A stretch of DNA of 64,000 bases from Balanoglossus misakiensis. Taxonomy: Eukaryota > Animalia > Hemichordata. The stretch spans positions 8,897,337 to 8,961,336 of the forward strand of contig CM082586.2 in the NCBI GenBank assembly GCA_040954595.2, written 5' to 3'. Positions 1 to 10,059 of this stretch are shown piece after piece; position 1 is the stretch's first letter; the number at the start of each line of letters is the position of its first letter. A program made the position numbers and the translations under genes. The notes beneath the pieces were generated by a model. The model was not told the origin of the DNA and searched no databases. It saw only the letters and a program-made list of their open reading frames with translations.

Positions 1-450
1 TTTCAGCCAATATGGGCCGGTCCACCATAGTGCATTCTCACGTAGTTTACAAGCGGCGATTCCACGTGTGATAATGTCCGCCGGATTGCTGTCAGTAGGG
101 CAATAATTAAACACATCCACTGGTGTTGATTTGATTTCTCGTACGCGGTTCCCAACGAAAGTTGGTAAAGTTCGACGGCTGTTAATCCAGTGTAATACTA
201 TTTGGCTGTCGGACCATAAGACGCACTGTGTGATTTTGATGTTTCCCTGCTGCATGAGGCTATTTCGGATGAATTTCAACAGGCGGGCTGCAATCAACGC
301 GGCCAGCAATTCCAGGCGTGGAAGCGTGATGGGCTTTGTTGGGGCAACTCTAGTCTTGGACATGACAAGAGCAGTGTTGTTGCCATGGCGAAGATAAGCG
401 ACGGCACCGTACGCCTTGACACTGGCATCTGCAAACACATGTAATTCATA
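1..450 (-). pseudogene. Frameshifted continuation of Pol: BEL/Pao RNase H (Pao peptidase A17-type region)
   Basis: Alternative frame reads YELHVFADASVKAYGAVAYLRHG...VMSKTRVAP..ITLPRLELLAA...WSDSQIVLHW...FVGNRV...CPTDSNPADIITRG...WWTGPYWL, the canonical BEL/Pao RNase H signature; open to window edge. Confidence 0.9.
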
Positions 451-3400
451 AGGTTCTCGACATTAGCCTGGCATTCGAAGTATTTCCTGTTGATCGAGAA
501 CTCATCTGTTGCGGTAATTAAGTCTCTGCGTATGTTCGTCCAAGTGTCACTCAGAATTTGCGGTAGTGGTTCGTCCCATTGTACATTTTGTTTCCAAACT
601 TCTTGAATGAGACATTTTGCCTTCACTAGTATAGGCGCGAGAAGTCCAAGCGGGTCATACATCTTTGCGGTGTTGCGGACGATTTCTCTCTTAGTTACCA
701 GATTTCCGTTGTCAAGTTCCTTTCGTTTGTACGAAATTGCATCAGACTCAGTGTTCCAAAGTAGGCCGAAGGCATTCACCGTTGTGTCGTTGTCTAAATC
801 CTGATGCTGCTTCGCTAGGTCGCGTAATTCCGAACAGTTCGAGGCCCACGAACGGAGATTGAAACCGCCCTTATCCATTACCGACTTGGCTTCACTGTAG
901 TAATCACACGCATCATCTTCAGCGTCTACTCCACTCAAGACGTTATCGACGTAGATGTTTTCTTTGATGTCGCGACACACGTTTGAGATATTTGAGTCCA
1001 GGTGTGTTTGGACGACCGCGTTTAAAATGAAGGGCGACGACACTGCACCAAACAAAACTGTCTTGAAACGGTAAACGTCAAACTTGCTTTCCGGATCGCG
1101 GTAGTCCGATGGCCATAAAAACTTCGTATAGTCGCGGTCTTCGTTGTGTAACCCGATCTGTAGAAAGGCTTTCTCTATGTCTGCCGACAGTGCGAACCGA
1201 TGCATACGAAAGCGAATCAATATCGAAGTCAGATCGTTCAGTAACGGAGCCCCTGTCGACAAACAGTCATTTAGACTTGCTCCGTTTCCTGCCTGGCAAC
1301 TGCAATCATACACGATTCTTATCGGAGTTGTTCCGGAATCCTTCTTAACTGGATGATGTGGAAGATAGTGGCCTTCTGTTGTGTCATCGTCCGTTACTAA
1401 TTCTATAAACCCCTTTCGTGTTTGTTCCTGTATGATATTATCATACGCAAGTCGTGACTCCATGTCCAATCTTCTCACCATGGCGCGCGTGCGATTGTTA
1501 GTTATCTTGTAGTTCGTTGGCAGGGGTGGGTGGTCTGGTTTCCATGGAAGGCGGGCGACGTAATGGCCATCTTGGAAATCGATATTGTCTTTGCAGTAAG
1601 TTTCATATCCTGTCATTTTATCGTTTATTTGTGGATCTCCCTTGACGCCGATTGTCTCTAAGTCCCAAAAGGCTTTCAGATCCGATTCTTCCTGTCTTAG
1701 CTCTGTGGCGATGTGCAGAACGGTGTTTGTTTTCAGATCGCGGGTGTGAGTCGGTCCCGATAGAAGATATCCCAATTTCGATTTCACAGCTGTTGGCCCC
1801 TTTCCGCGGATGATCTCATCTTCAATCAACTGCCAATAATAATCGGCTCCGAGAAGTATAGATATTTCGAAAGTGTCCGAATCTGAGTGCGGGTGCGCGA
1901 AGTTCAAACCCCTTAAATGCGGTAGCTCTAATATAGAGGGGCTGATGAGATTCCTCAAGGGCGCCGATATTTTGGGCACGACTAGCGCGGTAATATCTAG
2001 CTTCGATCCAGAAGTAGTGTGTAATGAGAATGTCACTTGCTTGAGAGACCTCGCAGAGGTCTTCGTGTCTCCAAATGCGGCAAGATCGATTACTTGTGAG
2101 CGGTCTGATTCTAGTCTTAATTGTTCTGCCATATCTTGTGTGATGAAGGACTTAGTGGCTCCTTCGTCGATCAGTATCGTAGCTGTCGCGATTGTTGAGG
2201 GGCTAGAGACTTGCGCTACGGCGGTTTTCAACAACACGGCTCCTCTGTCCGTTGCGGTTGCGAGACTCATGTCGGTAGGAGAGTTGGTTTCTACTGTCGA
2301 GACCGATTTCGCGTGAACTGTGGTGGGAGCTTCTGCTGTTTCAGCTTGTCTGTCCGTTTTTTCTGCGGATTGCGTTGGTGAACACAACGACGTGTGATGC
2401 TTTCGTTTACAGTTTCTGCAGCGGTTTTTCGACTTACACTGAGAAACTCGATGGTTACCCAAGCAATTGAAGCAAAGGCGTTCGCGTTTTACGATTTCTA
2501 ATCGCTGATCTGCGGTGGTTACCTTGTTACAGTTAAGAGGGTTGTGCGATTCTTCCTTGCAATATGGGCATTTTCGCGGTGTAGACTTGGTTTCTCCCCT
2601 GGTGTAGAATGCGGCTGTTGCGCGCGGTTGTGTTTCATGGTGGCTTAGCGGCGATATAGATAATGCGGATAATGATTGTCCGGCTTCCATAGCATCTATT
2701 TCTCGTTGTATAGCCTCGCGTAATTTCTGTAGTGTCCACTCGCGGGATGAACCATGATCTCTGGCTATGAATTCGCGCATTCTACCCGGTAGTTTCTCCA
2801 TAATGATTGGCACGAGCAGGTCCCCGTATGACGATTCGTCCTTTCCGAGCGATCTCAGACCTCGAATGTAGCTTTCGATCGAGTCGTAAAATTCCCGTAT
2901 ACTCGCAAGGTCTTCATGAGGTGTGGGCAGTTCCCAAAGGGCCTTCATGTAGGCAGCCTTTATAATGTGGTCTCGACCATATCGTTCGCGTAAGATTTCG
3001 ATAGCATTCGAATAGTTTGCTTCGGTGAGTTGAAGTCGCTCGATGGCCCTAGCTGCTTCGCCAGAGAGTTGTCCTCTCAAGTAATGTAATTTCTGAACAT
3101 CGTTCAAGCTCTTGTCACTATGTACTGCAGCCAGGAAGCCATCGAAAAAACTTTGCCACTCCAGCACATTCCCGGAAAACTTTGCTAACGATAGTTTTGG
3201 AAGTTGTACGTTCTTGTAGGTTGTCTGTGTTACATTTGGCATGAACGAAGCCGCTGTTGGATTGAGCTTTGTTTCCTCGCCTCTTCCGACTTTCATGCTC
3301 AGTCTACTTAAATGTCTCTGAAAAATGACCAACCTTTGTTTGACGTCGTTGTGGTATTCATCGGTATTTGTTGTGGCTTCTTCTAACTCTTCATCATCTG

Positions 3401-3605
3401 TCTTGTCGAGGATGCTGTTATCTAAATCTTGCAAGTGCTGTAGTTTTGCGGAGGCTACTTCCAACTTAGCGTGGATGACGTCCAATATTGTCTCGTCGAC
3501 TTCTGATTTTGCGGCATCGAAAGCTTGGTCTAATTGATTGAGAATCTTGGTCATCTGCCCGCGGTGTGCGGTTCTGCTCCTTTTCATTCGTTCCAGATTA
3601 TCCAT
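294..3605 (-). CDS. BEL/Pao Gag-Pol polyprotein (Gag, Zn knuckles, protease, reverse transcriptase); frameshifted near 450-480 so the last ~55 aa of this ORF are spurious
   Basis: LPKLSLAKFSGNVLEWQSFFDGF (BEL gag), CPYCKEESHNPLNC / CFNCLGNHRVSQC / CRNCKRKHHTSLC, LIDEGATKSFI (protease), HYLPHHPV..RIVYDCS, ADIEKAFLQI, FGAVSSPFIL, YVDN (RT). Confidence 0.93.
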   Translation of the reverse strand: MDNLERMKRSRTAHRGQMTKILNQLDQAFDAAKSEVDETILDVIHAKLEVASAKLQHLQDLDNSILDKTDDEELEEATTNTDEYHNDVKQRLVIFQRHLSRLSMKVGRGEETKLNPTAASFMPNVTQTTYKNVQLPKLSLAKFSGNVLEWQSFFDGFLAAVHSDKSLNDVQKLHYLRGQLSGEAARAIERLQLTEANYSNAIEILRERYGRDHIIKAAYMKALWELPTPHEDLASIREFYDSIESYIRGLRSLGKDESSYGDLLVPIIMEKLPGRMREFIARDHGSSREWTLQKLREAIQREIDAMEAGQSLSALSISPLSHHETQPRATAAFYTRGETKSTPRKCPYCKEESHNPLNCNKVTTADQRLEIVKRERLCFNCLGNHRVSQCKSKNRCRNCKRKHHTSLCSPTQSAEKTDRQAETAEAPTTVHAKSVSTVETNSPTDMSLATATDRGAVLLKTAVAQVSSPSTIATATILIDEGATKSFITQDMAEQLRLESDRSQVIDLAAFGDTKTSARSLKQVTFSLHTTSGSKLDITALVVPKISAPLRNLISPSILELPHLRGLNFAHPHSDSDTFEISILLGADYYWQLIEDEIIRGKGPTAVKSKLGYLLSGPTHTRDLKTNTVLHIATELRQEESDLKAFWDLETIGVKGDPQINDKMTGYETYCKDNIDFQDGHYVARLPWKPDHPPLPTNYKITNNRTRAMVRRLDMESRLAYDNIIQEQTRKGFIELVTDDDTTEGHYLPHHPVKKDSGTTPIRIVYDCSCQAGNGASLNDCLSTGAPLLNDLTSILIRFRMHRFALSADIEKAFLQIGLHNEDRDYTKFLWPSDYRDPESKFDVYRFKTVLFGAVSSPFILNAVVQTHLDSNISNVCRDIKENIYVDNVLSGVDAEDDACDYYSEAKSVMDKGGFNLRSWASNCSELRDLAKQHQDLDNDTTVNAFGLLWNTESDAISYKRKELDNGNLVTKREIVRNTAKMYDPLGLLAPILVKAKCLIQEVWKQNVQWDEPLPQILSDTWTNIRRDLITATDEFSINRKYFECQANVENLMNYMCLQMPVSRRTVPSLIFAMATTLLLSCPRLELPQQSPSRFHAWNCWPR

Positions 3606-3622
3606 CTCGTCTCAAGTACAGT

Positions 3623-3640
3623 ATCCTGGTCTCGGCACCA
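3623..3640 (-). promoter_or_regulatory. Primer-binding site, complementary to tRNA-His 3' end
   Basis: Minus strand TGGTGCCGAGACCAGGAT, 4 nt inside the LTR; differs at one base from the complement of the invertebrate tRNA-His 3' end as I recall it (ATCCTGGTCACGGCACCA). Confidence 0.75.
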
Positions 3641-3644
3641 TCAA

Positions 3645-3852
3645 TGTGTGCTTGAAATGCACGCGGGGTTCGATTGTACTTAGAGAATGGAACGGAGACG
3701 TGTGTCAAGTAACAACACTAAGCAACTTCTACTTTATTACCGGTACCATGCTCTACACGTACCCTTCAAGTGGGCGTGGTTACATACCAGAGAGTGGGCG
3801 GGTAAACGTACATATATGGAACACTAATTACTAATTCATACTGTTCTCAACA
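3645..3852 (-). repeat. 5' LTR of the BEL/Pao element (~208 bp)
   Basis: Minus strand begins TGTTGAGAAC and ends CACACA next to PBS; AATAAA at 3733-3738 and TATA-like at ~3812. Partner LTR is outside the window. Confidence 0.75.
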
Positions 3853-4069
3853 AGGTCTGTGTGTTCCCGGCGTTACACGGACGTTAGAAGAAGTTAAACG
3901 CATCATATTTGGGGTCGGTTGAAGTAATAAGGGAAAGGATTTTGCTTCGATAAAATCGAATTTCGACAGAAAAAGCTGCGGTCGGGCGTCCGGGTCCGGA
4001 CCGCAGGCGCACCAGTTTTGTCTATGGGGCCTCATGCAGGGCTGTGGTGCGTCGGGAACACACAGACCT
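3853..4069. mobile_element. MITE with 20-bp TIRs, abutting the LTR
   Basis: aggtctgtgtgttcccggcg (3853) / cgtcgggaacacacagacct (4050-4069), 1 mismatch; no ORF. Confidence 0.8.
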
Positions 4070-4584
4070 GAACGCGGAGCTATGACTTGACATTCCTTAG
4101 CCGAAGTTAGTGTTCTTTTTAAAAATCTGTCACATAAATTGTTTTGGGATACATGGCAGTGAAATTTGGTTTATTTTTTATAAACTTTTACATGAAGTAC
4201 GTCATTTTCCCCGACTGGCAGCATGACTACGAGGGCGAACATGACGACTTGTTAGGAGAGCGCCAGGCTTATAAATTCCGGCAAACATTATTTGGGCGAT
4301 ACCATTTTGTGGTAGGTATCACTACACGCCAGTCATGCAAACATGCACTGACTGGCCTTCGGATTACTACTACGGTCTCACTTGTTGCAAAAATCGAACG
4401 GTTTTAGCCGGTAAACACAGATGGATTAACTCTTAAATCTATCCTGCGCCCAAACGCGCTCCAGTCGGTTTAGTCATTGTTTATGCAAAAGGAAATGCAA
4501 AATGTAGCAGAAGCTTCATATAACATAATATAGAATACACAAACAGACAGACAAATAAACAAGCAAACAAACAAACAAAAGTTA

Positions 4585-4840
4585 GGGACTGTTCAGATTT
4601 TACTTCCAGGGTGGGGCCGGAGGATTTTTTATTTTCCTGGTGATTGTTTTTTCCATGGACGTACCCCCAGTAAATTGTGGAGGAAATCTGTTGTACCCCT
4701 TAAATTTCCTGGGGTTTTTCCATGGTCCCCCCAAAAGGATTGTGATTTTTATGTCTATTCCTCCCTAAATTGTTCTTGGAGAAAATGGGCGGTCCCTCCT
4801 GAAAATCCTCCGCCCCCGGAAGTAAATCCTGAACAGTCCC
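4585..4840. mobile_element. MITE with ~40-bp imperfect TIRs
   Basis: gggactgttcagattttacttcc...ggaggattt vs aaatcctcc...ggaagtaaatcctgaacagtccc; related fragments at ~20430-20545 and ~22100-22220. Confidence 0.75.
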
Positions 4841-5907
4841 AGCTAGCACCCTTGCTTCACTGCCAGAGGAGCGACAGCATCAACAAAATGCAGATACACA
4901 AGAAATAAGCAGTATATTCCACAAGTGAAGAATCCCAGTTACAGACGTTACGAACAAACAAACTACCAACAACAAAGCTGGTCTCTGTTACCCATTCGCC
5001 TTTGCAAAGGCATCTGGGTAACCAAGACTACAACAAAGCAAGAAAAGGGTCAAGCGTCGTCAAAGAAAACGTAAAAAATCCAGCATGGGTGGTAAAAGTT
5101 ATTGGTATAAAACGAATAGGGCCTTCTAGAAATGACGTCTCAGACCCGCAAATGCCACCAGAACACAAAACTTATGTACAGTATAAGCCGGTTGTTGTAT
5201 GGAGCAGCAATAATCTGCGGTTGGGCCGTCGTAGATTTTTGTTGGTGGTGAAAATAACATAAAAAACGCGATCAAGGCTCAATTTTATTCCGGATCACAT
5301 GCGGTTACGGCCAGAAGAGAGCATCAAAGTCTTCAAATGACCATGTGGTGGCGCACTTTTTTCGATTGGCTAGATTTCAATTTGTCCGTGGTAAATTTAA
5401 TTTTTGCAGGTGACTGGCACGGAAACTCTTAGCAAGGTTGAGGTAGGATGAAAAAATGCCCCATTGACTCATTTTGGCTATTTTAAAATATGCAGTTTCA
5501 TGGGGATGGACTACTCGACTATCCCAGAGGGGTCTGGAAAATTGAGACTAGGGTGGACTTTTTACCAGGTGTCTCCGTAAAATAGACTTTTATTTCATAT
5601 CCCAAAAATGAGGTGATGTTCTCACCTGCTTTTCCCCCGACGATTTTTTCATGTCTTCTTGAGATCAAAACACTACATGAAACACTACATATACATTTTG
5701 TGAGTTGTCTTTTTTCGTTTTATGTTGGCATTAATTCAATCAGAATTTTTAATTCCTGTATTGTAAAAAGCTTGGGTTTTATGTTTCAGTTGCAGAGTGC
5801 TTAAATTTGGACAATATGCTCGACTTGCATGGCAATTCTGCAAATATATTTGAATTATTCTTTGGGATCCCCATCTATATTGTTTAATGCAATGAGTTGC
5901 GACCGTC

Positions 5908-8900
5908 ATTGGTTTGGACATGAGTTTGTTGTTTGCTGTTTGGTTGGTCATGGAGCAACAGTCATGGAGCAACACGTAACATTGCCTGGGGTGTTCAATT
6001 CTGTAAATGGCATGAGATAGTTGCATGTACCCGAGTCTAGTGAAACATCGTTTTTGGCGATGTGGATTTCATTATTGCGTGACTGTGCGGTGGGTCTCGA
6101 TTCGTTCCTGTCAGACAGCCCAACAAGGACATACGCTTGACGTGCCTTAAAGGTATACGGTAACCTATGCAAATTTAGCTACAGTTACCATGGCAAATTG
6201 AGATACAGCCAATCACAAATATTCAGGAGGTGGCACACGCGACAATAAGAGCGCCACCATTTGTTCTTTAGAACACTAGGATACGCAAGTTTAGCCATTT
6301 ATGGACATATGCAAATTGGAGGGGATCGTGTATTAAATTGTAGACTTTGTCCGACATCGTCCGGTCATCACGGCTGAAATACTCCCATTGCGCATTGCTT
6401 ATAGATATTTTAGGTCGACCCCGGTGTAGTCTACTCCAATAGAAATGAAGAAAGTAAATATAAGATTACCGCCCGAAGTCTCAAACGTGAAAGCCATTTC
6501 AGTGGCACTACAGTGGATAAACATTTAATCCGTGTATACTTCATGAAACTGAATCAGATAACTTTTATTCAAACCAAATAAATGAAACATATGAAGAGAG
6601 GCCTATCTTGATTAAACACATAAATCTGATATTTTATCATATTAGGTAACTCAATATTTTACACTTGACGTATTTTACCAATAACACAATGTTTCAGCGA
6701 ACCCGTCAGGAGCAACTTTAGCAGAATACATTTCCTTGATTTACGTTACATGGTTTAATTCGAGAGACATTTCTCAATAAAATCAAAAGTCACAGTTCAT
6801 ATTTTTTATAGAAACGGTCCAATTTGTCGAGTGCGCACTGACAAGACATGCATCGTGCATAGACCACTACGCGGATAGGGTATCTGCAATGCATGATGGT
6901 ATAATTTGCGTTCAACATAGCGTCTACTGCATGGCTAATGCACGCGCTCAGAACGCAAACTGTCCCACAACACCCTGTGTTATGCTATCCGCGAAGTGGT
7001 CCATGGCAGTGACAACAATTCCTATAGAGCAGTTAAGAAATAAACCGGCCGGCCGTAAATTCATTGGCTGTATTTTTTGTATTTATTTGATTTGAAAGGT
7101 CGCGTTTTCCCTGTTGCATGCGATTAGTTCAGGGCCAGTTTCAGCAGTGCTCTATTGAGTACTTTCGTATCGATGGATTGAGCTCTCGTCCAATCAGAAT
7201 GGCGGATGGTAGCATGATCTGACATATTGCGTATTGCAATAGGCCTTCCCCAGATAGGTCAGAACGGAGAGGTCATTCCCCTCAGCTTCTTTGTCTTTTC
7301 TATTATTTTTTGACAAATGCGGATTGACGTTCCGTTTCTACATGGCCATGACTGATATTTATTTACGTTTCATAGCGTAAGCGCTTGCTATTCGTTTCGC
7401 AATTGTTTTCGTAGTACAAACAAATTGAAGAAGACGAAATATATTATCTATGTCCCTAATGAGATAATCGGGGTTACATAATCGCAATTCCAAAGAACGC
7501 CGTGACAGAATTCATCAGTTGGCGAGGCGCATTCTCCACCCGCACACAATTGGTTTGGACATGAGTTTGTTGTTTGCTGTTTGGTTGGTCATGGAGCAAC
7601 AGTCATGGAGCAACACGTAACATTGCCTGGGGTGTTCAATTCTGTAAATGCCATGATATAGTTGCATGTACCCGAGTATAGTGAAACATCGTTTTTGGCG
7701 ATGTGGATTTCATTATTGCGTGACTGTGCGGTGGGTCTCGATTCGTTCCTGTCAGACAGCCCAACAAGGACATACGCTTGACGTGCCTTAAAGGTATACG
7801 GTAACCTATGCAAATTTAGCTACAGTTACCATGGCAAATTGAGATACAGCCAATCACAGATATTCAGGAGGTGGCACACGCGACAATAAGAGCGCCACCA
7901 TTTGTTCTTTAGAACACTAGGATACGCAAGTTTAGCCATTTATGGACATATGCAAATTGGAGGGGATCGTGTATTAAGTTGTAGACTTTGTCCGACATCG
8001 TCCAGTCATCACGGCTGAAATATTCCCTTTGCGCATTGCTTATAGATATTTTAGGTCGACCCCGGTGTAGTCTACTCCAATAGAAATGAAGAAAGTAAAT
8101 ATAAGATTACCGCCCGAAGTCTCAAACGTGAAAGCCATTTCAGTGGCACTACAGTGGATAAACATTTAATCCGTGTATACTTCATGAAACTGAATCAGAT
8201 AACTTTTATTCAAACCAAATAAATGAAACATATGAAGAGAGGCCTATCTTGATTAAACACATAAATCTGATATTTTATCATATTAGGTAACTCAATATTT
8301 TACACTTGACGTATTTTACCAATATCACAATGTTTCAGCGAACCCGTCAGGAGCAACTTTAGCAGAATACATTTCCTTGATTTACGTTACATGGTTTAAT
8401 TCGAGAGACATTTCTCAATAAAATCAAAAGTCACAGTTCATATTTTTTATAGAAACGGTCCAATTTGTCGAGTGCGCACTGACAAGACATGCATCGTGCA
8501 TAGACCACTACGCGGATAGGGTATCTGCAATGCATGATGGTATAATTTGCGTTCAGCATAGCGTCTACTGCATGGCCAATGCACGCGCTCAGAACGCAAA
8601 CTGTCCCACAACACCCTGTGTTATGCTATCCGCGAAGTGGTCCATGGCAGTGACAACAATTCCTATAGAGCAGTTAAGAAATAAACCGGCCGGCCGTAAA
8701 TTCATTGGCTGTATTTTTTGTATTTATTTGATTTGAAAGGTCGCGTTTTCCCTGTTGCATGCGATTAGTTCAGGGCCAGTTTCAGCAGTGCTCTATTGAG
8801 TACTTTCGTATCGATGGATTGAGCTCTCGTCCAATCAGAATGGCGGATGGTAGCATGATCTGACATATTGCGTATTGCAATAGGCCTTCCCCAGATAGGT

Positions 8901-9190
8901 CAGAACGGAGAGGTCATTCCCCTCAGCTTCTTTGTCTTTTCTATTATTTTTTGACAAATGCGGATTGACGTTCCGTTTCTACATGGCCATAACTGATATT
9001 TATTTACGTTTCATAGCGTAAGCGCTTGCTATTCGTTTCGCAATTGTTTTCGTAGTACAAACAAATTGAAGAAGACAAAATATATTATCTATGTCCCTAA
9101 TGAGATAATCGGTTACATAATCGCACTTCCAAAGAACGCCGTGACAGAGAATTCATCAGTTGGCGAGGCGCATTCTCCACCCGCACACAA
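5908..9190. repeat. Head-to-tail tandem duplication of a 1641-bp non-coding unit (5908-7548, 7549-9190)
   Basis: Near-identical copies; duplicate spurious ORFs at 5948/7589 and 6889/8530 both offset by 1641. Confidence 0.95.
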
Positions 9191-9634
9191 ACGTTGCACT
9201 GCATACTTTGACTAATTAGAATGCGAAAGCAAGATTCTGATTGAGTAGTAACTAATTTGCATAATTGACGAGCAGGTGCTGCCTCGTTCTCGTCCCGCTG
9301 ACCGTTGCATTTGAAAAATCATTGCAGCTTCGACGTTCATCAAGCATGGAGGTCCCGGTCGCCTCCATGCTTGATGATGTCGTTTCTCTGGTAAGCATGG
9401 CATTTAATGTTATTTTACAAGTACATGTACACTCCTTCTTGCAAAAACTGGTAGTGGTAGGGCGACAGTGTCTTCCCAACATCGAAATTCTGACTTTGGG
9501 AAGCGTTACAGCGCCGAACAGTAAACTCACAGTCGCATGGAATTCATGCGTTGTTTTACACCGTGCGAGTAAATTGTACGTCGTTCGTGGCCTCGAGTCA
9601 GCTTTGTCATTGTGGGGCAGGTGGTACCGTAACA

Positions 9635-10059
9635 CCACAGGGGGCTCTCCCTCCGCAATTTTATTGTGTGTTTGTTTGTTGTTGTTGTTGATTGGCATTA
9701 TAAACAAATACATATTTCTTTGTCAATAAATATGGTTTGTTGACATGTAAGGGTTAGGTTATTAGGGTATATTTGACAGGTTATGGTATATTCAACTGTT
9801 AGTATTAGTGTTGGCATTTTTGCGATCCACGGCCAGCATCACCCTCTCTTCGTGGCTTAGTGATGCCCGGGGCCGTGGATCGAAAAAAGTGCCAACACTA
9901 ATGCTAACCGTTGAATATTCCCTAACACTTACATGTCAACAAACCATATTTATTAATAAAGAAATATGTATTTGTTTATAATGCCAATCATCATCAACAA
10001 CAACAACAACAACAACAAACAAACAAACAATAAAATCGCGGAGGGAGAGCCCTCTGTGG
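9635..10059. mobile_element. ~425-bp foldback/palindromic element (possibly two nested palindromic MITEs)
   Basis: ccacagggggctctccctccgc ... gcggagggagagccctctgtgg ends; arms pair almost to the centre (aataaatatggtttgttgacatgtaag / cttacatgtcaacaaaccatatttatt; gatccacggcc / ggccgtggatc). Confidence 0.85.

Larger units (their letters stand above)
1..3852 (-). mobile_element. BEL/Pao (Belpaoviridae) LTR retrotransposon, 5' part; continues beyond window start
   Basis: Single gag-pol with DUF1759-like gag, three CCHC-like knuckles, aspartic protease, RT, RNase H; preceded by PBS and a TG...CA LTR. Confidence 0.95.

Noticed and set aside
607-3834. Plus-strand ORFs overlapping the BEL/Pao gene
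   Set aside because: Antisense shadows of gag-pol.
9212-9729. Overlapping 153/154-aa ORFs on both strands
   Set aside because: No recognisable domain; run into a palindrome and microsatellite.
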